64,000 bases of DNA. Origin: Tepidisphaera sp. GTDB lineage: Bacteria; Planctomycetota; Phycisphaerae; Phycisphaerales; UBA1924. Below are positions 1 to 9,191 of this stretch, in pieces. The stretch lies in assembly GCA_050916045.1 (NCBI GenBank), contig CP051526.1, positions 2,496,001-2,560,000 of the forward strand. The letters run 5' to 3'. Every line of letters begins with the position of its first letter. Position 1 is the stretch's first letter. Both the position numbers and the translations under genes were made by a program. A model generated the notes under the pieces. The model did no database searches. It saw only the letters and a program-made list of their open reading frames with translations, and was not told the DNA's origin.

Positions 1-340
1 TAAACGTCGAATGCTCCGCGCCCGCGGCAAGTTCGGCGGCCTGTCCAAGTCCCCGTACCTGGCGGAGATCGCCGAGTATCGTGGTGGCGTCTTCGCCTAC
101 CGCTCCCGCCGCATCCGCAAGCGCGACATGCGCGGCCTCTGGATCGTCCGCATCACGGCCGCCTGCCGGATGCGCGGCACCCGCTACAGCCTCTTCATCA
201 ACGGCCTCAAGAACGCCGGCATCGTCCTCAACCGCAAGATGCTCTCCGAGCTCGCCATCCGCGACCCCAAGGTCTTCGACAAGATCTGCGCCATCGCGGT
301 CAAGGCCTCGAAAGCCACCCTGGCCAACGCCGCGGCCTAA
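1..340 (+). CDS. rplT: 50S ribosomal protein L20 (5'-truncated by window edge)
   Basis: AYRSRRIRKRDMRGLWIVRITAA...YSLFINGLKNAGIVLNRKMLSELAI is the L20 signature; frame is open to the window start. Confidence 0.95.
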   Translation, partial: KRRMLRARGKFGGLSKSPYLAEIAEYRGGVFAYRSRRIRKRDMRGLWIVRITAACRMRGTRYSLFINGLKNAGIVLNRKMLSELAIRDPKVFDKICAIAVKASKATLANAAA

Positions 341-370
341 GCGATAAAGCACAAGCTTCAAGTCACTCAC

Positions 371-402
371 AAAAGCCCCGAGGTTCGCCTCGGGGCTTTT
401 TC
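371..402. terminator. Intrinsic, probably bidirectional terminator
   Basis: AAAAGCCCCGAGG-TTCG-CCTCGGGGCTTTTT between convergent genes. Confidence 0.9.
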
Positions 403-439
403 TATTCACCAAGGCGACCCACGACCTCATCGATGCGGA

Positions 440-1435
440 TCACCGCCCGCGAACGCTCGCGGGAAGCGACAGAAGCTTGCGGCCCGGAGTGCCCACCGGC
501 AGAACGACGAGCCGTCCCCCACCGCTCTGGGCGGCTTGCGATCCGGTCACGTACAGGTCCGTGAGGTCCTCGCCGCCGAACGCCACGTTGCTCGCGTGCT
601 GAAGCCCCGTCGGATACTCGCGGATGATCTTGCCCGAATCGTCGAACACCACGACGGTGCCCGCGCCGTAATCAGCCATGTAGAGCCGGCCCGCACGGTC
701 AAACGTCATCCCGTCGGGAACCGACTTTGGATTCGGAAGCTCGGCCAGCAGCCGTCGATCCGTGAGCACGCCCGGGCTTGAAATCTTGAACTCGTAGACC
801 TTGCGGTTGCAGCTGTCGTTCACCACCAGCGACTTCCCGTCGGCTCGCACGGCGATGCCGTTGGGGTAGCAGAAGTCGCCGGCGACCTGGCGGAGGACTC
901 GGGCGGAGTCGAGGTAGTAAAGCCCGCTCCGCATCGCGGATCTGTCGGCAGCGGATTCCGCCGGCGCTGTGACGTAGATTCCACCATCGCCGTCGAGCGT
1001 GAGATCGTTCGGCGTCGCGAGCTCCGGAGCGAGCACCTCGATCAGCTTGCCGTTTGCGTCGAGATGGTGCACGCCGCCCCTCGCCGCGACGACGTGCGTC
1101 CCGTCAGGAAGGATCTTGTGGCCGTTGGGCTCCGTCGTCGTGTGCCAGCGCTCGGGCGGGCCATCGCCGCGCATCACGAACACAGTCTCGTTCGCGAGCA
1201 CCGAGGCGAACGCCGTGCCCGAAGCATCGAACACGATGCCCTCGCTGTATCCGGGGAACTCCGCGACGATCCGGGGCTCGATAAGCTTGGGGTCGACGGG
1301 CGTTGACGTGCAACCACCGGCAAAGACCGCCAGGCTGATCGCAACCAACCCAAGCCCACTCGCGACGGACCGGTCGCGGCCAGGACGCTTCGAAAGCAGA
1401 GTTCGAACTCGCATGATCACGGGATCTCCTCGCAT
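440..1435 (-). CDS. SMP-30/gluconolactonase family beta-propeller, probable lipoprotein
   Basis: Repeated SEG/PNG/PND/PDG blade motifs; FAGGC lipobox-like signal; start uncertain. Confidence 0.85.
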   Translation of the reverse strand: MRGDPVIMRVRTLLSKRPGRDRSVASGLGLVAISLAVFAGGCTSTPVDPKLIEPRIVAEFPGYSEGIVFDASGTAFASVLANETVFVMRGDGPPERWHTTTEPNGHKILPDGTHVVAARGGVHHLDANGKLIEVLAPELATPNDLTLDGDGGIYVTAPAESAADRSAMRSGLYYLDSARVLRQVAGDFCYPNGIAVRADGKSLVVNDSCNRKVYEFKISSPGVLTDRRLLAELPNPKSVPDGMTFDRAGRLYMADYGAGTVVVFDDSGKIIREYPTGLQHASNVAFGGEDLTDLYVTGSQAAQSGGGRLVVLPVGTPGRKLLSLPASVRGR

Positions 1436-1679
1436 CCAAGCCGGGAACGACTTGACGCTTCCATCGCGGTCGCGTCCGCTCCGGCCGCGTCCATCTCAGG
1501 ATAGTGGAAATGCCGCTCTGTCATGGCGTCGTCGGCAAGGATGCCGGCAATCGCGTCGGGTCGCTCGATCGCCATGGTCTTTGCGACTCGAAGACGGCCC
1601 GAAGACGGCGCGGGACCTGACCGGAGCGGGTCGGTGCCGGGACCTTCGCCAGCGAGGCCGAGGCCGTTGCTGCAAGCCC

Positions 1680-1950
1680 AAAAAAGAAGAAACTCGTCCG
1701 CCGGTTTCCGCCCGCGAGCGAGTCATAGGAGAGAGAGACAAGACACTGTTCGAAAGCCTCGGCCGGTTTCCCGGACTTGTTCGGCTTTCAGTAAACCCGA
1801 CTACTGGTTTCCGCCCGCAGTCGAGTCATAGGAGGAGAGAGAGACAAGACACTGTTCGAAGATCGTCCGGTTTCCCGGGGAGCTTCAGTAAACCCGACTA
1901 CTGGTTTCCGCCCGCAGTCGAGTCATAGGAGGAGAGAGAGACAAGACATC
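1680..1950 (-). ncRNA. Putative tandem three-unit structured small RNA (about 100-nt period)
   Basis: Units recur at 1703, 1806 and 1903. Minus-strand hairpins have G-U pairs, GAAA loops and compensatory changes. Linkers are CU-rich. The last hairpin is followed by a U-tract. Confidence 0.7.
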
Positions 1951-1960
1951 GACAACATGC

Positions 1961-1977
1961 CACACGATCGATGCCAA
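1961..1977 (-). promoter_or_regulatory. Sigma54-like -24/-12 promoter (imperfect -12)
   Basis: Minus strand TTGGCATCGATCGTGTG; the predicted +1 at about 1950 coincides with the start of the repeat array; -12 is GT rather than GC. Confidence 0.4.
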
Positions 1978-2142
1978 TGCCACCCAAAGGGCAAATTTTC
2001 TTGCAGATTGAACCGTTTCCATTCCGAAACTGCCGTCCATACTGCACTTAGCGAATCCGCAACGTCCGAAAGGACGCCAGCGCAGCGACAGCCGCCCGCG
2101 ATGGGGGCGAGCATGAAAGGTCTTTGTTTGGATTCCTGAGTG

Positions 2143-2745
2143 TTAGCCGCCGCTCTGGCGTCCCTCGATGGACGCCACGACGCACCCCAGAGCCAGGACG
2201 AAGAGGTCGTCGAACCCCGCCGCTTCGGCTTCGGGCTTCACCGCGATCCCCAGCCGGTAGATGAAGAGGTTGAAGTGCTGGCGGATGGACGCGACGGTGT
2301 TGCCGGCTTTGTCCAGGACGCTGAAGGACTGGGGGGAGATGACGGAGACCAGATCGACGTTGTGCCTGAGGAACGCCAGGAACCCGCCGTTCTCGCGGAG
2401 GGTCCCGATCTCTTCGCCCGCGGCGTTGAAGACAAGCCATTCATCGCGGAAGAACGTGCTCGACAGGCCCTTGCGGCGGATCGATCCGAGCGACTCGCCC
2501 GTCGGCAGGGTGATATCGAGGGTCACGGAGAAGTCGATGATGTTGCGAGCGACGATCGAGAGGAGCGGCGTCGACATCGATTCGTCGGTGTAGATCCGGA
2601 TGTCCTCGCGGAGTTTGAAGGCTTTCTGATTGCAGTAGCCCGCGAGGTCGCCTTTCTCGTCGTAGATGTGGAACGAAGCTCCGAAGAGCTTGAAGACTTT
2701 GCGGCGGATGGTGTACTGCTCGCCGGGAGCGGGGAGGAGGGGCAT
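2143..2745 (-). CDS. LURP-one/scramblase-like (Tubby C-terminal fold) protein
   Basis: YTIRRKVFKLFGASFHIYDE...QKAFKLREDIRIY pattern with repeated beta-strand units. Confidence 0.7.
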   Translation of the reverse strand: MPLLPAPGEQYTIRRKVFKLFGASFHIYDEKGDLAGYCNQKAFKLREDIRIYTDESMSTPLLSIVARNIIDFSVTLDITLPTGESLGSIRRKGLSSTFFRDEWLVFNAAGEEIGTLRENGGFLAFLRHNVDLVSVISPQSFSVLDKAGNTVASIRQHFNLFIYRLGIAVKPEAEAAGFDDLFVLALGCVVASIEGRQSGG

Positions 2746-2767
2746 TGAGGTCTCCGAGAGGGTTGGT

Positions 2768-3217
2768 TCAGATCGTATCGGCCACGCTCGGCCTTTCCGT
2801 GAACCGGAGCGTGACGACGACGAGCGGAAGCAGAACCCCCACAGCCGCGGCGTAGATGGACCAGCCGTTGAACCTCGGCAGGACCAGCAGCCCGGCGACG
2901 CTGATCGCAAGGATCGCGATGCTGAGGCCGACCATGGTGCCGTTCGCGACGCGGGACCCGGCGGAAACACGGCGGTTGGCGGCGGCGAGCATGACCGCGC
3001 CGAGGTACGCGGTCTGCGCCGGGGCCGCCAGCAACGGGATGACGGTGATGAAGGGCGAAAGCGTCCCCGGCGGCTGCGGCTTGCTCGCGTGAGCGAAGAG
3101 GGCCAGCAGGAAGATCACGCCGATGAACGGAAGCACCAGCCCGGCGAGCACGATGAGCGCCGCTCCGATCAAAGCGATCGGGCCTGCGGCGAAGAGAGAC
3201 CTGGTGCGGGGATTCAT
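2768..3217 (-). CDS. Hypothetical membrane protein (about 4 TM)
   Basis: Hydrophobic ORF; TATCCT lies 6 nt upstream of the ATG. Confidence 0.6.
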   Translation of the reverse strand: MNPRTRSLFAAGPIALIGAALIVLAGLVLPFIGVIFLLALFAHASKPQPPGTLSPFITVIPLLAAPAQTAYLGAVMLAAANRRVSAGSRVANGTMVGLSIAILAISVAGLLVLPRFNGWSIYAAAVGVLLPLVVVTLRFTERPSVADTI

Positions 3218-3333
3218 GGAGGCAGGATACTCGGAGAGGAACGAGAACGCCCCGGCGAGGCCGGGGCGGTGGAAACGGGTTCCGGGTTTCACGCTGGAGC
3301 ATTCCGTTCTCGACGAGGCGGTAAACTGCTCTC

Positions 3334-3750
3334 ATGAGCAGACTGGAAGAACTTCGCCAGTTCGCCGGGTGGAAGTCGCCTTCGCAACGGCACTCGGTCG
3401 GGGCGATCGAGTCGGCGCTCGGGCTTCGGCTCCCGGCTGATTTCGCGTCGTTTCTGCGAACCAGTGGCGGGTTTGAGGGTTTCTTCGGCCAGAGTTACCT
3501 CGTCCTCCTTGATCCCGCGGATATCCCGCGGGCGAATGTCGAAGCCTGCATTTCTGAGGTTCTCCCCGGGCTTGTGATGTTCGGCGGCAACGGCGGGGGC
3601 GAGTGGTTCTGCATCGACACGCGCACCGGCCGATACGTGATGGCACCTTCGATCGGCGGCCCGGAGCATGTCCTCGATGAGGGAGCGACCTTCGAAGAGT
3701 TCCTTGATCGCGTGCACTCTGACCAGCTCTTTGACCGCAAGCCCGAATGA
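3334..3750 (+). CDS. SMI1/KNR4 (SUKH) family protein
   Basis: IESALGLRLPADFASFLRTSGG...FGGNGGGEWFCID...ATFEEFL motif set. Confidence 0.85.
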   Translation: MSRLEELRQFAGWKSPSQRHSVGAIESALGLRLPADFASFLRTSGGFEGFFGQSYLVLLDPADIPRANVEACISEVLPGLVMFGGNGGGEWFCIDTRTGRYVMAPSIGGPEHVLDEGATFEEFLDRVHSDQLFDRKPE

Positions 3751-3784
3751 CAACGCGACTGTGGCGATCCACCGGCTCGCGAAC

Positions 3785-5203
3785 TCATGTCGGATCGATC
3801 AGCGAAGGAAGTGTTTCGTCGCTTGGCCGCACGTACCGCTTCCAGCACGCGTCCGCGAGCAGGAGCGTCGCCATGTTGACTTCCTCGGCACGCCGTTCGC
3901 CGGCGTACTCGGAGCCAGACGGCGGGTTCAGCGTGGCGGCGAACGTCTCGACGAACGCGCGGCAGTTCGGCATGACTGAAGCGACGAAATCTGCGCGCGT
4001 GAACCCAGGGCCAGGCGAAGTCACTCGAAGCCCCTTCACCTCCTCGTAGAAGCGCTCGTAGGTCGCATCGGAGTCTTCCGAGCTCGCGGCCAGCGCGGAG
4101 ACCACGTAGCAAAGCGGCGTCCACCGGTTGTCTATGAGTGCGTGCGAGTCCGCGCCCGCGTCGAGGATCGCTTCGAGCTTGACGTCAGACTGCACGCCGT
4201 GCCCCTCGACGACGTGGAAGATGAGCGGAAGCTCGCGAGAGGTGCATTCATCGCCGCCACACGTTCGGAGCTTGCAGACCGCGTTCGGATCGGCACCCAT
4301 CTCGCAGAGGACCCTCACTTCCAGGCCGGTGCCCTCGGAGATCGCCCGGGCGAGGGGCGTCTGCCCGCCTTTGTTCCGCTGCTCGATGTCGACGCCGAGT
4401 TCCTTGAGGTACCCGAAGGTGGCCCTCACGCTCTCCTCGGCGTTGGCTTCAAAGTTCACGTCGATCGCGGCGTGCCACGCGTTGTACCCGTACTCCGAAA
4501 CCGCGTGCGGGTTGGCACCGGACGCGATGAGCAGGCGGAGCATTTCGGGGTGACGGCTCGACCCGACCGCCGACATGAAGAGCGTGTAGCCGTGGTCGTG
4601 CGTGGCGTTCACATTCGCGCCGGCGGCGATCACCGCTCTCGCGACCTCCAAGCCTTCGCAACCACTGGAGATGGCGTCGTCGAGCGGGGACGTGCAACGA
4701 GAGGACGAAGCGACTTCCGCTTCGGTCAACTCCAGCGGCGTTCCGGCTCGCACGAGCGTCTTGGAGATCTCGGGCGTGCGGGCGCGGCTGAGAGCGTTGA
4801 CGCCGAGGTTGTCGCGTACCGCGGGGTTCGCTCCGGCCGCGAGGAGCGCGCTGATGCAGTCCAAGCAGCCGGCTTCAACCGCCGCGAAGAGCGGGATTTC
4901 CCTCGAGGACGGAGCTCCGGAGAGCTGCTGGAACGTTTCGCGTTCGTACTCGGCCATGCGTTCATTGACCTTCGCTTGGATGTCGGCCGGAACGTCGGCG
5001 ATCGGATTGGGAGGCGGGACAAGCCTGCGTATCGGCGCGTATCGCTCCGCGGCGCGGGCGGCGTCGAAGTGCCCGCTCGCGTTGCACCCCAGGGCCAGAA
5101 GCCGCCTGACCTCCTCGACGTTGCCCGCCGCCGCTTGGCAAAGCAGCACGTTGCGATCGTGCGGATCGGTTGGAAAGGAGCTTTGTGATGATGAAGTGGT
5201 CAT
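3785..5203 (-). CDS. Ankyrin repeat protein
   Basis: Multiple LLxAGANP / GxTPL / AGANVNA repeats. Confidence 0.85.
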   Translation of the reverse strand: MTTSSSQSSFPTDPHDRNVLLCQAAAGNVEEVRRLLALGCNASGHFDAARAAERYAPIRRLVPPPNPIADVPADIQAKVNERMAEYERETFQQLSGAPSSREIPLFAAVEAGCLDCISALLAAGANPAVRDNLGVNALSRARTPEISKTLVRAGTPLELTEAEVASSSRCTSPLDDAISSGCEGLEVARAVIAAGANVNATHDHGYTLFMSAVGSSRHPEMLRLLIASGANPHAVSEYGYNAWHAAIDVNFEANAEESVRATFGYLKELGVDIEQRNKGGQTPLARAISEGTGLEVRVLCEMGADPNAVCKLRTCGGDECTSRELPLIFHVVEGHGVQSDVKLEAILDAGADSHALIDNRWTPLCYVVSALAASSEDSDATYERFYEEVKGLRVTSPGPGFTRADFVASVMPNCRAFVETFAATLNPPSGSEYAGERRAEEVNMATLLLADACWKRYVRPSDETLPSLIDPT

Positions 5204-5216
5204 GGACAAACTCTGT

Positions 5217-5249
5217 AAAGAAAAACCCCCGCCGGAAGCCGGCGGGGGT
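5217..5249 (-). terminator. Intrinsic terminator after tsf
   Basis: Minus strand ACCCCCGCCGG-CTT-CCGGCGGGGGT followed by TTTTCTTT. Confidence 0.85.
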
Positions 5250-5274
5250 CTGGTGAACGGTGGAAAGAACCGTC

Positions 5275-6084
5275 TTATTCGCCGACCTGCCAGCGACGGA
5301 AGGCGACGAGCTTGTCGGCGCCGCCGACGATGTCCTTGATCTTCTTGGCGGGGTCCTTGACGAAGGGCTGCTCGAGGAGAGCGATCTCTTCGAAGAACTT
5401 CCGCATGCCGCCCTCGACCATCTTCTCGGCGATTTCCTTGGGCTTGCCGGACTCGATGGCCTGCTCGATGCGGAACTTGCGTTCCTTCTCGACGACGGCC
5501 GCGGGGATCTCGCTGGCGGAGAGGCCGGCGGGGCGCGGGACGGCGGCGACGACGTGCATGCAGACGTCCTTGAGCAGGACCTCTTCGACGCCGCCGACGC
5601 TCTGGACGAGCGAGCAGGTCTTGCCGTCGTGGTGGACGTAGAACGCAAAGGAACCGGCCACGCCGGCGAGCTTCTCACCGCGGGCGTAGGAGCAGTTCTC
5701 GCTGGTGGAGATGCGGACCTCGTCGAGCGCGGCGGCGATGACGGGGTTGCTGGCGACGACGCCGGCCGGGGCTTTGAGGACCTCGGCGAGGGCCTTGGTC
5801 ATGGCTTCGGTGAGCTTCTCGCTCTTGGCGGTGAAGTCGGTCTCGGCGCGGATCTCGACGATCGCGGCCTGCGAGCGGTCGGCGTTGAGGAGGATGCCGA
5901 CGCGGCCTTCGCCGGCGGCGCGGTCGGTGCGGGCGTCCATCTTGCCCTTGAGCTGCTTACGGAGGAGTTCCTCGGCCTTCTCGACGTCGCCGCCGGCCTC
6001 GGTGAGGGCGGCTTTGCAGGCCATCATCGAGAGGCCGGTTTTATTGCGGAGGTTCATCACGTCTTTGGCATTGATCTCGGCCAT
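5275..6084 (-). CDS. tsf: Elongation factor Ts
   Basis: LRNKTGLSMMACKAALTEAGGDVEKA, AAGEG, AETDF, LLEQPFVKD; lies downstream of rpsB. Confidence 0.97.
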   Translation of the reverse strand: MAEINAKDVMNLRNKTGLSMMACKAALTEAGGDVEKAEELLRKQLKGKMDARTDRAAGEGRVGILLNADRSQAAIVEIRAETDFTAKSEKLTEAMTKALAEVLKAPAGVVASNPVIAAALDEVRISTSENCSYARGEKLAGVAGSFAFYVHHDGKTCSLVQSVGGVEEVLLKDVCMHVVAAVPRPAGLSASEIPAAVVEKERKFRIEQAIESGKPKEIAEKMVEGGMRKFFEEIALLEQPFVKDPAKKIKDIVGGADKLVAFRRWQVGE

Positions 6085-6209
6085 GGTCGGCTCCAAATGC
6101 TGGGCCCGATGGGAAACGGGCTCGGGAAAGTGCGGGCGAAGGATCCAATAAATACCCGGGGAAAGAGCCCGGGTTGGGTGTGGTTCGTCAAAACTCAGCG
6201 AAGACTGGC

Positions 6210-7025
6210 TCAGGCCTGCGCGGGCTGTTCGGCGTCGTCACGCTTGAACTGCGAGCGGGTCGAGCGGCGGGGACGCTCGCCGGCGGGCTCGCCACCGGAG
6301 GCATCAGAGCCTCCGGCAGAGTTCAGAGCCTTAGCCTGCTCGCGTTCGCTGCGACCTTCGGCGACGGCGAGGCAGAGCTCGCGGACGATCACGTCGATCG
6401 ACCGCATGCTGTCGTCGTTGCCGGGGATGGCGATGTCGGCCATCTCGGGGTTGCCGTCGGTGTCGATCAGGCAGATCGTCGGGATGCCGAGCTTGCGGGC
6501 TTCGAGGAGGCCGGTGGTCTCGGCCTTGGTGTCGATGATGACCATCACGCCCGGGAGCTTGTCCATGTGGCGGATGCCCTCGAGGTTGCGCTTGATCTTG
6601 TCCATTTCGCGGCGCAGCTGGGATTCCATCTTCTTGGAGTAGCTGGCGAAGTTGTCGTTCTGCTGGATCGCTTCGAGCTCTTCGAGGCGCTTGAGACGGG
6701 CGCGGATCGTGCGGAAGTTGGTGAGCGTGCCGCCCAGCCAACGCTCGGTCACGTAGTGCTGCTTGACGTCGGGAACTCGGGACTCAAGCACGGTCTTGGC
6801 CTGACGCTTGGTGCCGACGAAGCAGACATCCTTGCCGGACGCGACGGTCTTGGTGATGAACTTCTTCGCGAGGAGGAGACCCTTGAGGGTTTCCTTGATG
6901 TCGATGATGTGGATGCCGTTGCGCTTGCCGTAGATGTACGGGCCCATGCGCGGGTTCCAATTCGAGGCCCGCTGGCCGAAGTGGATGCCCGACTCGATCA
7001 GATCCTGCACCAGTTGATTCGCCAT
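6210..7025 (-). CDS. rpsB: 30S ribosomal protein S2
   Basis: GIHFG...WNPRMGPYIYG, FVGTKRQA, RWLGGTLTNF, IPGNDDS. Confidence 0.98.
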   Translation of the reverse strand: MANQLVQDLIESGIHFGQRASNWNPRMGPYIYGKRNGIHIIDIKETLKGLLLAKKFITKTVASGKDVCFVGTKRQAKTVLESRVPDVKQHYVTERWLGGTLTNFRTIRARLKRLEELEAIQQNDNFASYSKKMESQLRREMDKIKRNLEGIRHMDKLPGVMVIIDTKAETTGLLEARKLGIPTICLIDTDGNPEMADIAIPGNDDSMRSIDVIVRELCLAVAEGRSEREQAKALNSAGGSDASGGEPAGERPRRSTRSQFKRDDAEQPAQA

Positions 7026-7570
7026 GACCAAATCCTTCACAAACAGCGACACCGACGGGAGGGGTTGCCGGCTCCCCCCAACCGCCTGAGGCGAGAGGGA
7101 GAAACACCAAGCCCCGTCAAAGGGCGCTTCCAGTGGGGGTTCCGAATCATTCGGAATGGCCCCGAGCAAGAAAGAACACACCGCACGCCGCTTCACCCAA
7201 CCCTCCGCGCGGCACGCGGGACCGACCTGACAACCCAAGATCGATCGCCGGACTGTAGGCTTCAAACCAGGGTGTTTCCGCCCGCGGGGGTACTCCGGGG
7301 TCCCCCCCGTGCAAAGCACCCGTCAGGGGCGCGACCACCCCTCCCACCACCCCAACCGGGAAGGTCCGCCCCAGCCGTGATTTCGGCAATGGCCACAACC
7401 TTTCGCGAGCTTTATGCCCATATCAGGTGGTTTTTTCTGTGGGTCGTGCCGTTTGGGCGGCCTGCGCCGCCTGTGAGTGGCCCAACTCACCCATTCGGGG
7501 TCAACCGAGGGGTGGCGCGACACGATATCAAAGCCGACTCGGGCACCGAGCGATAACGGAGATTCCACCG

Positions 7571-8347
7571 ATGGACAAAGCAAGTGCGATGGGGTCGGCG
7601 CTCATGGCGGGTGCGGTGCTTCTGGTCTGCTACCAGGCGACGGCGGGCGACCTGAAGTCCCTGTGGTCCGAGAAGGGCTTCATCATGGTGATCATCGGGT
7701 CGGTCGCCGCGGTGCTGATGGCGATGTCGCTCGAGCGGATCAAGATGGTGCCGGGGTACATCCGTCGGTTCCTGTTCTGCAAGAGCAAGCCGGTTCTTGA
7801 GACGATCAAGGTCATGACGCAGCTGGCGGACAAGTCACGCCGGGACGGGATCCTGTCGCTTGAGAGCGAAGTGGCGAAGATCGACGATCCGTTCCTGGCG
7901 AACGGGCTGAAGATGGCGGTGGACGGTGTGGATCCGGAGATGATCGAAACGACGCTTCGCCTTGAGATCATGGCGATGCAGGAACGTCACAAGAGCGGCA
8001 AGAAGTTTTTCGACCTGCTCAAGGTGTACGGGCCGGGGCTGGGGCTGGTCGCGACGCTGATGGGTCAGATCGGCATGTTCAAGAACCTGGGCGGCGACAT
8101 CGCGACGATGGGCTACATGCTGGCCGTGGCCGTCGTGGCGACGATGTACGGGACGGTGCTCGCGAACTGCATCGCCGGGCCGATGGGGGACAAGCTCGCG
8201 TTCCGGTCGGGCGAGGAGATTCTCGGCCGCGAGATGATTCTGCAGGGGATCCTCTCGATTCAGGCGGGGGAGAACCCGCGGGCGACGCTGGACAAGATGG
8301 CCGCGTTCGTGCCGGCGATCACCCGTGACAAACTCAAGGCCGCCTAA
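7571..8347 (+). CDS. motA: Stator protein MotA (MotA/TolQ/ExbB family)
   Basis: RRDGILSLE, DPFLANGLKMAVDG, PGLGLVATLMG, ATMYG, IQAGENP. Confidence 0.9.
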   Translation: MDKASAMGSALMAGAVLLVCYQATAGDLKSLWSEKGFIMVIIGSVAAVLMAMSLERIKMVPGYIRRFLFCKSKPVLETIKVMTQLADKSRRDGILSLESEVAKIDDPFLANGLKMAVDGVDPEMIETTLRLEIMAMQERHKSGKKFFDLLKVYGPGLGLVATLMGQIGMFKNLGGDIATMGYMLAVAVVATMYGTVLANCIAGPMGDKLAFRSGEEILGREMILQGILSIQAGENPRATLDKMAAFVPAITRDKLKAA

Positions 8348-8365
8348 GCGAGGGAGGACCAGACC

Positions 8366-9187
8366 ATGGCAGAACATGCGTCGGGGGGGCACGGCAAGGG
8401 CGGGGAGCATGGCGAAGGAACGGAGCACAAGAAGCACAAGAAGCACGTTCCTCACATGCACGAGGAGCATGAGCACGAGGAAGGCTGGATCGTTTCGTTC
8501 GCCGACAACGTGCTTCTGATGATGGGCTTCTTCGTGATCCTGCTGGCGATGAACATGGGGCCCAAGGGCTCATCGGCGTCGGGGGATTCCGAAGGTACCG
8601 GCCAGCCCAATGCGGGGGTGCTGGACTTTGCGATCGCGGTCCGCGAGGCATTCCACAACCCGGTCAACCTCAACTCGACGGCCACGGCCGATCAGCCGCT
8701 GATCCGCCGCCTGAAGGAGAGACAGTCGCGCGGGACCGAGCGTACCCGCGGGCCCGAGGGAGAAGACCAGAAAGCCCAGACGGTCCGCCACGCGGACTGG
8801 GTGGGCGAGGACGGCTACGTCACCTTTGCGGACAACGAGTTTCAGCTCTCCGACACCGCGAAAGCGGCGATCCGGCAGTTCAGCGAGAACGTGGCGGGCA
8901 CGCGCTGGATGGTCGAGATCCGCGGGCACGCGAGCCGCTGGGAAAGCTGGGGCGACGAGCGGAAAGCCAGGTTCCTCTCGTACGAGCGGGCGTGGGTCGT
9001 CGGCAACGAGCTCATCCGGCACGGCGTGTCGTGGGATCAGATCCGGCTGGTGGCCGGCGGTGACGGCGAGCCGTTCCGCACGATCAGCCGCGACAAGCAG
9101 GATCGGGCGCCGAACCAGCGCGCGGAGCTCTACGTGCTCAACGAACAGGCGCCGGCGGACATCTTCACGACGCGGCCGAAGCGCTGA
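8366..9187 (+). CDS. motB: Stator protein MotB (plug/TM plus OmpA-like domain)
   Basis: WIVSFADNVLLMMGFFVIL with the conserved Asp; C-terminal EIRGH...LSYERA...NQRAE. Confidence 0.88.
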   Translation: MAEHASGGHGKGGEHGEGTEHKKHKKHVPHMHEEHEHEEGWIVSFADNVLLMMGFFVILLAMNMGPKGSSASGDSEGTGQPNAGVLDFAIAVREAFHNPVNLNSTATADQPLIRRLKERQSRGTERTRGPEGEDQKAQTVRHADWVGEDGYVTFADNEFQLSDTAKAAIRQFSENVAGTRWMVEIRGHASRWESWGDERKARFLSYERAWVVGNELIRHGVSWDQIRLVAGGDGEPFRTISRDKQDRAPNQRAELYVLNEQAPADIFTTRPKR

Positions 9188-9191
9188 GCGA

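Noticed and set aside
1703..1948. CRISPR array interpretation of the tandem repeats
   Set aside because: The constant block is about 74 nt, the two variable segments share a CCGGTTTCCCGG core and fold as hairpins, and there are no cas genes in the window
999..2139. ORFs overlapping the repeat array (999-1928, 1523-1831, 1923-2114)
   Set aside because: Repeat periods of 103 and 97 nt are not multiples of three, and the translations have no protein-like features
5260..7556. Long antisense ORFs opposite tsf/rpsB, and similar ones opposite rho, SNF2 and rplI
   Set aside because: Shadow ORFs expected from high-GC codon bias opposite well-supported genes
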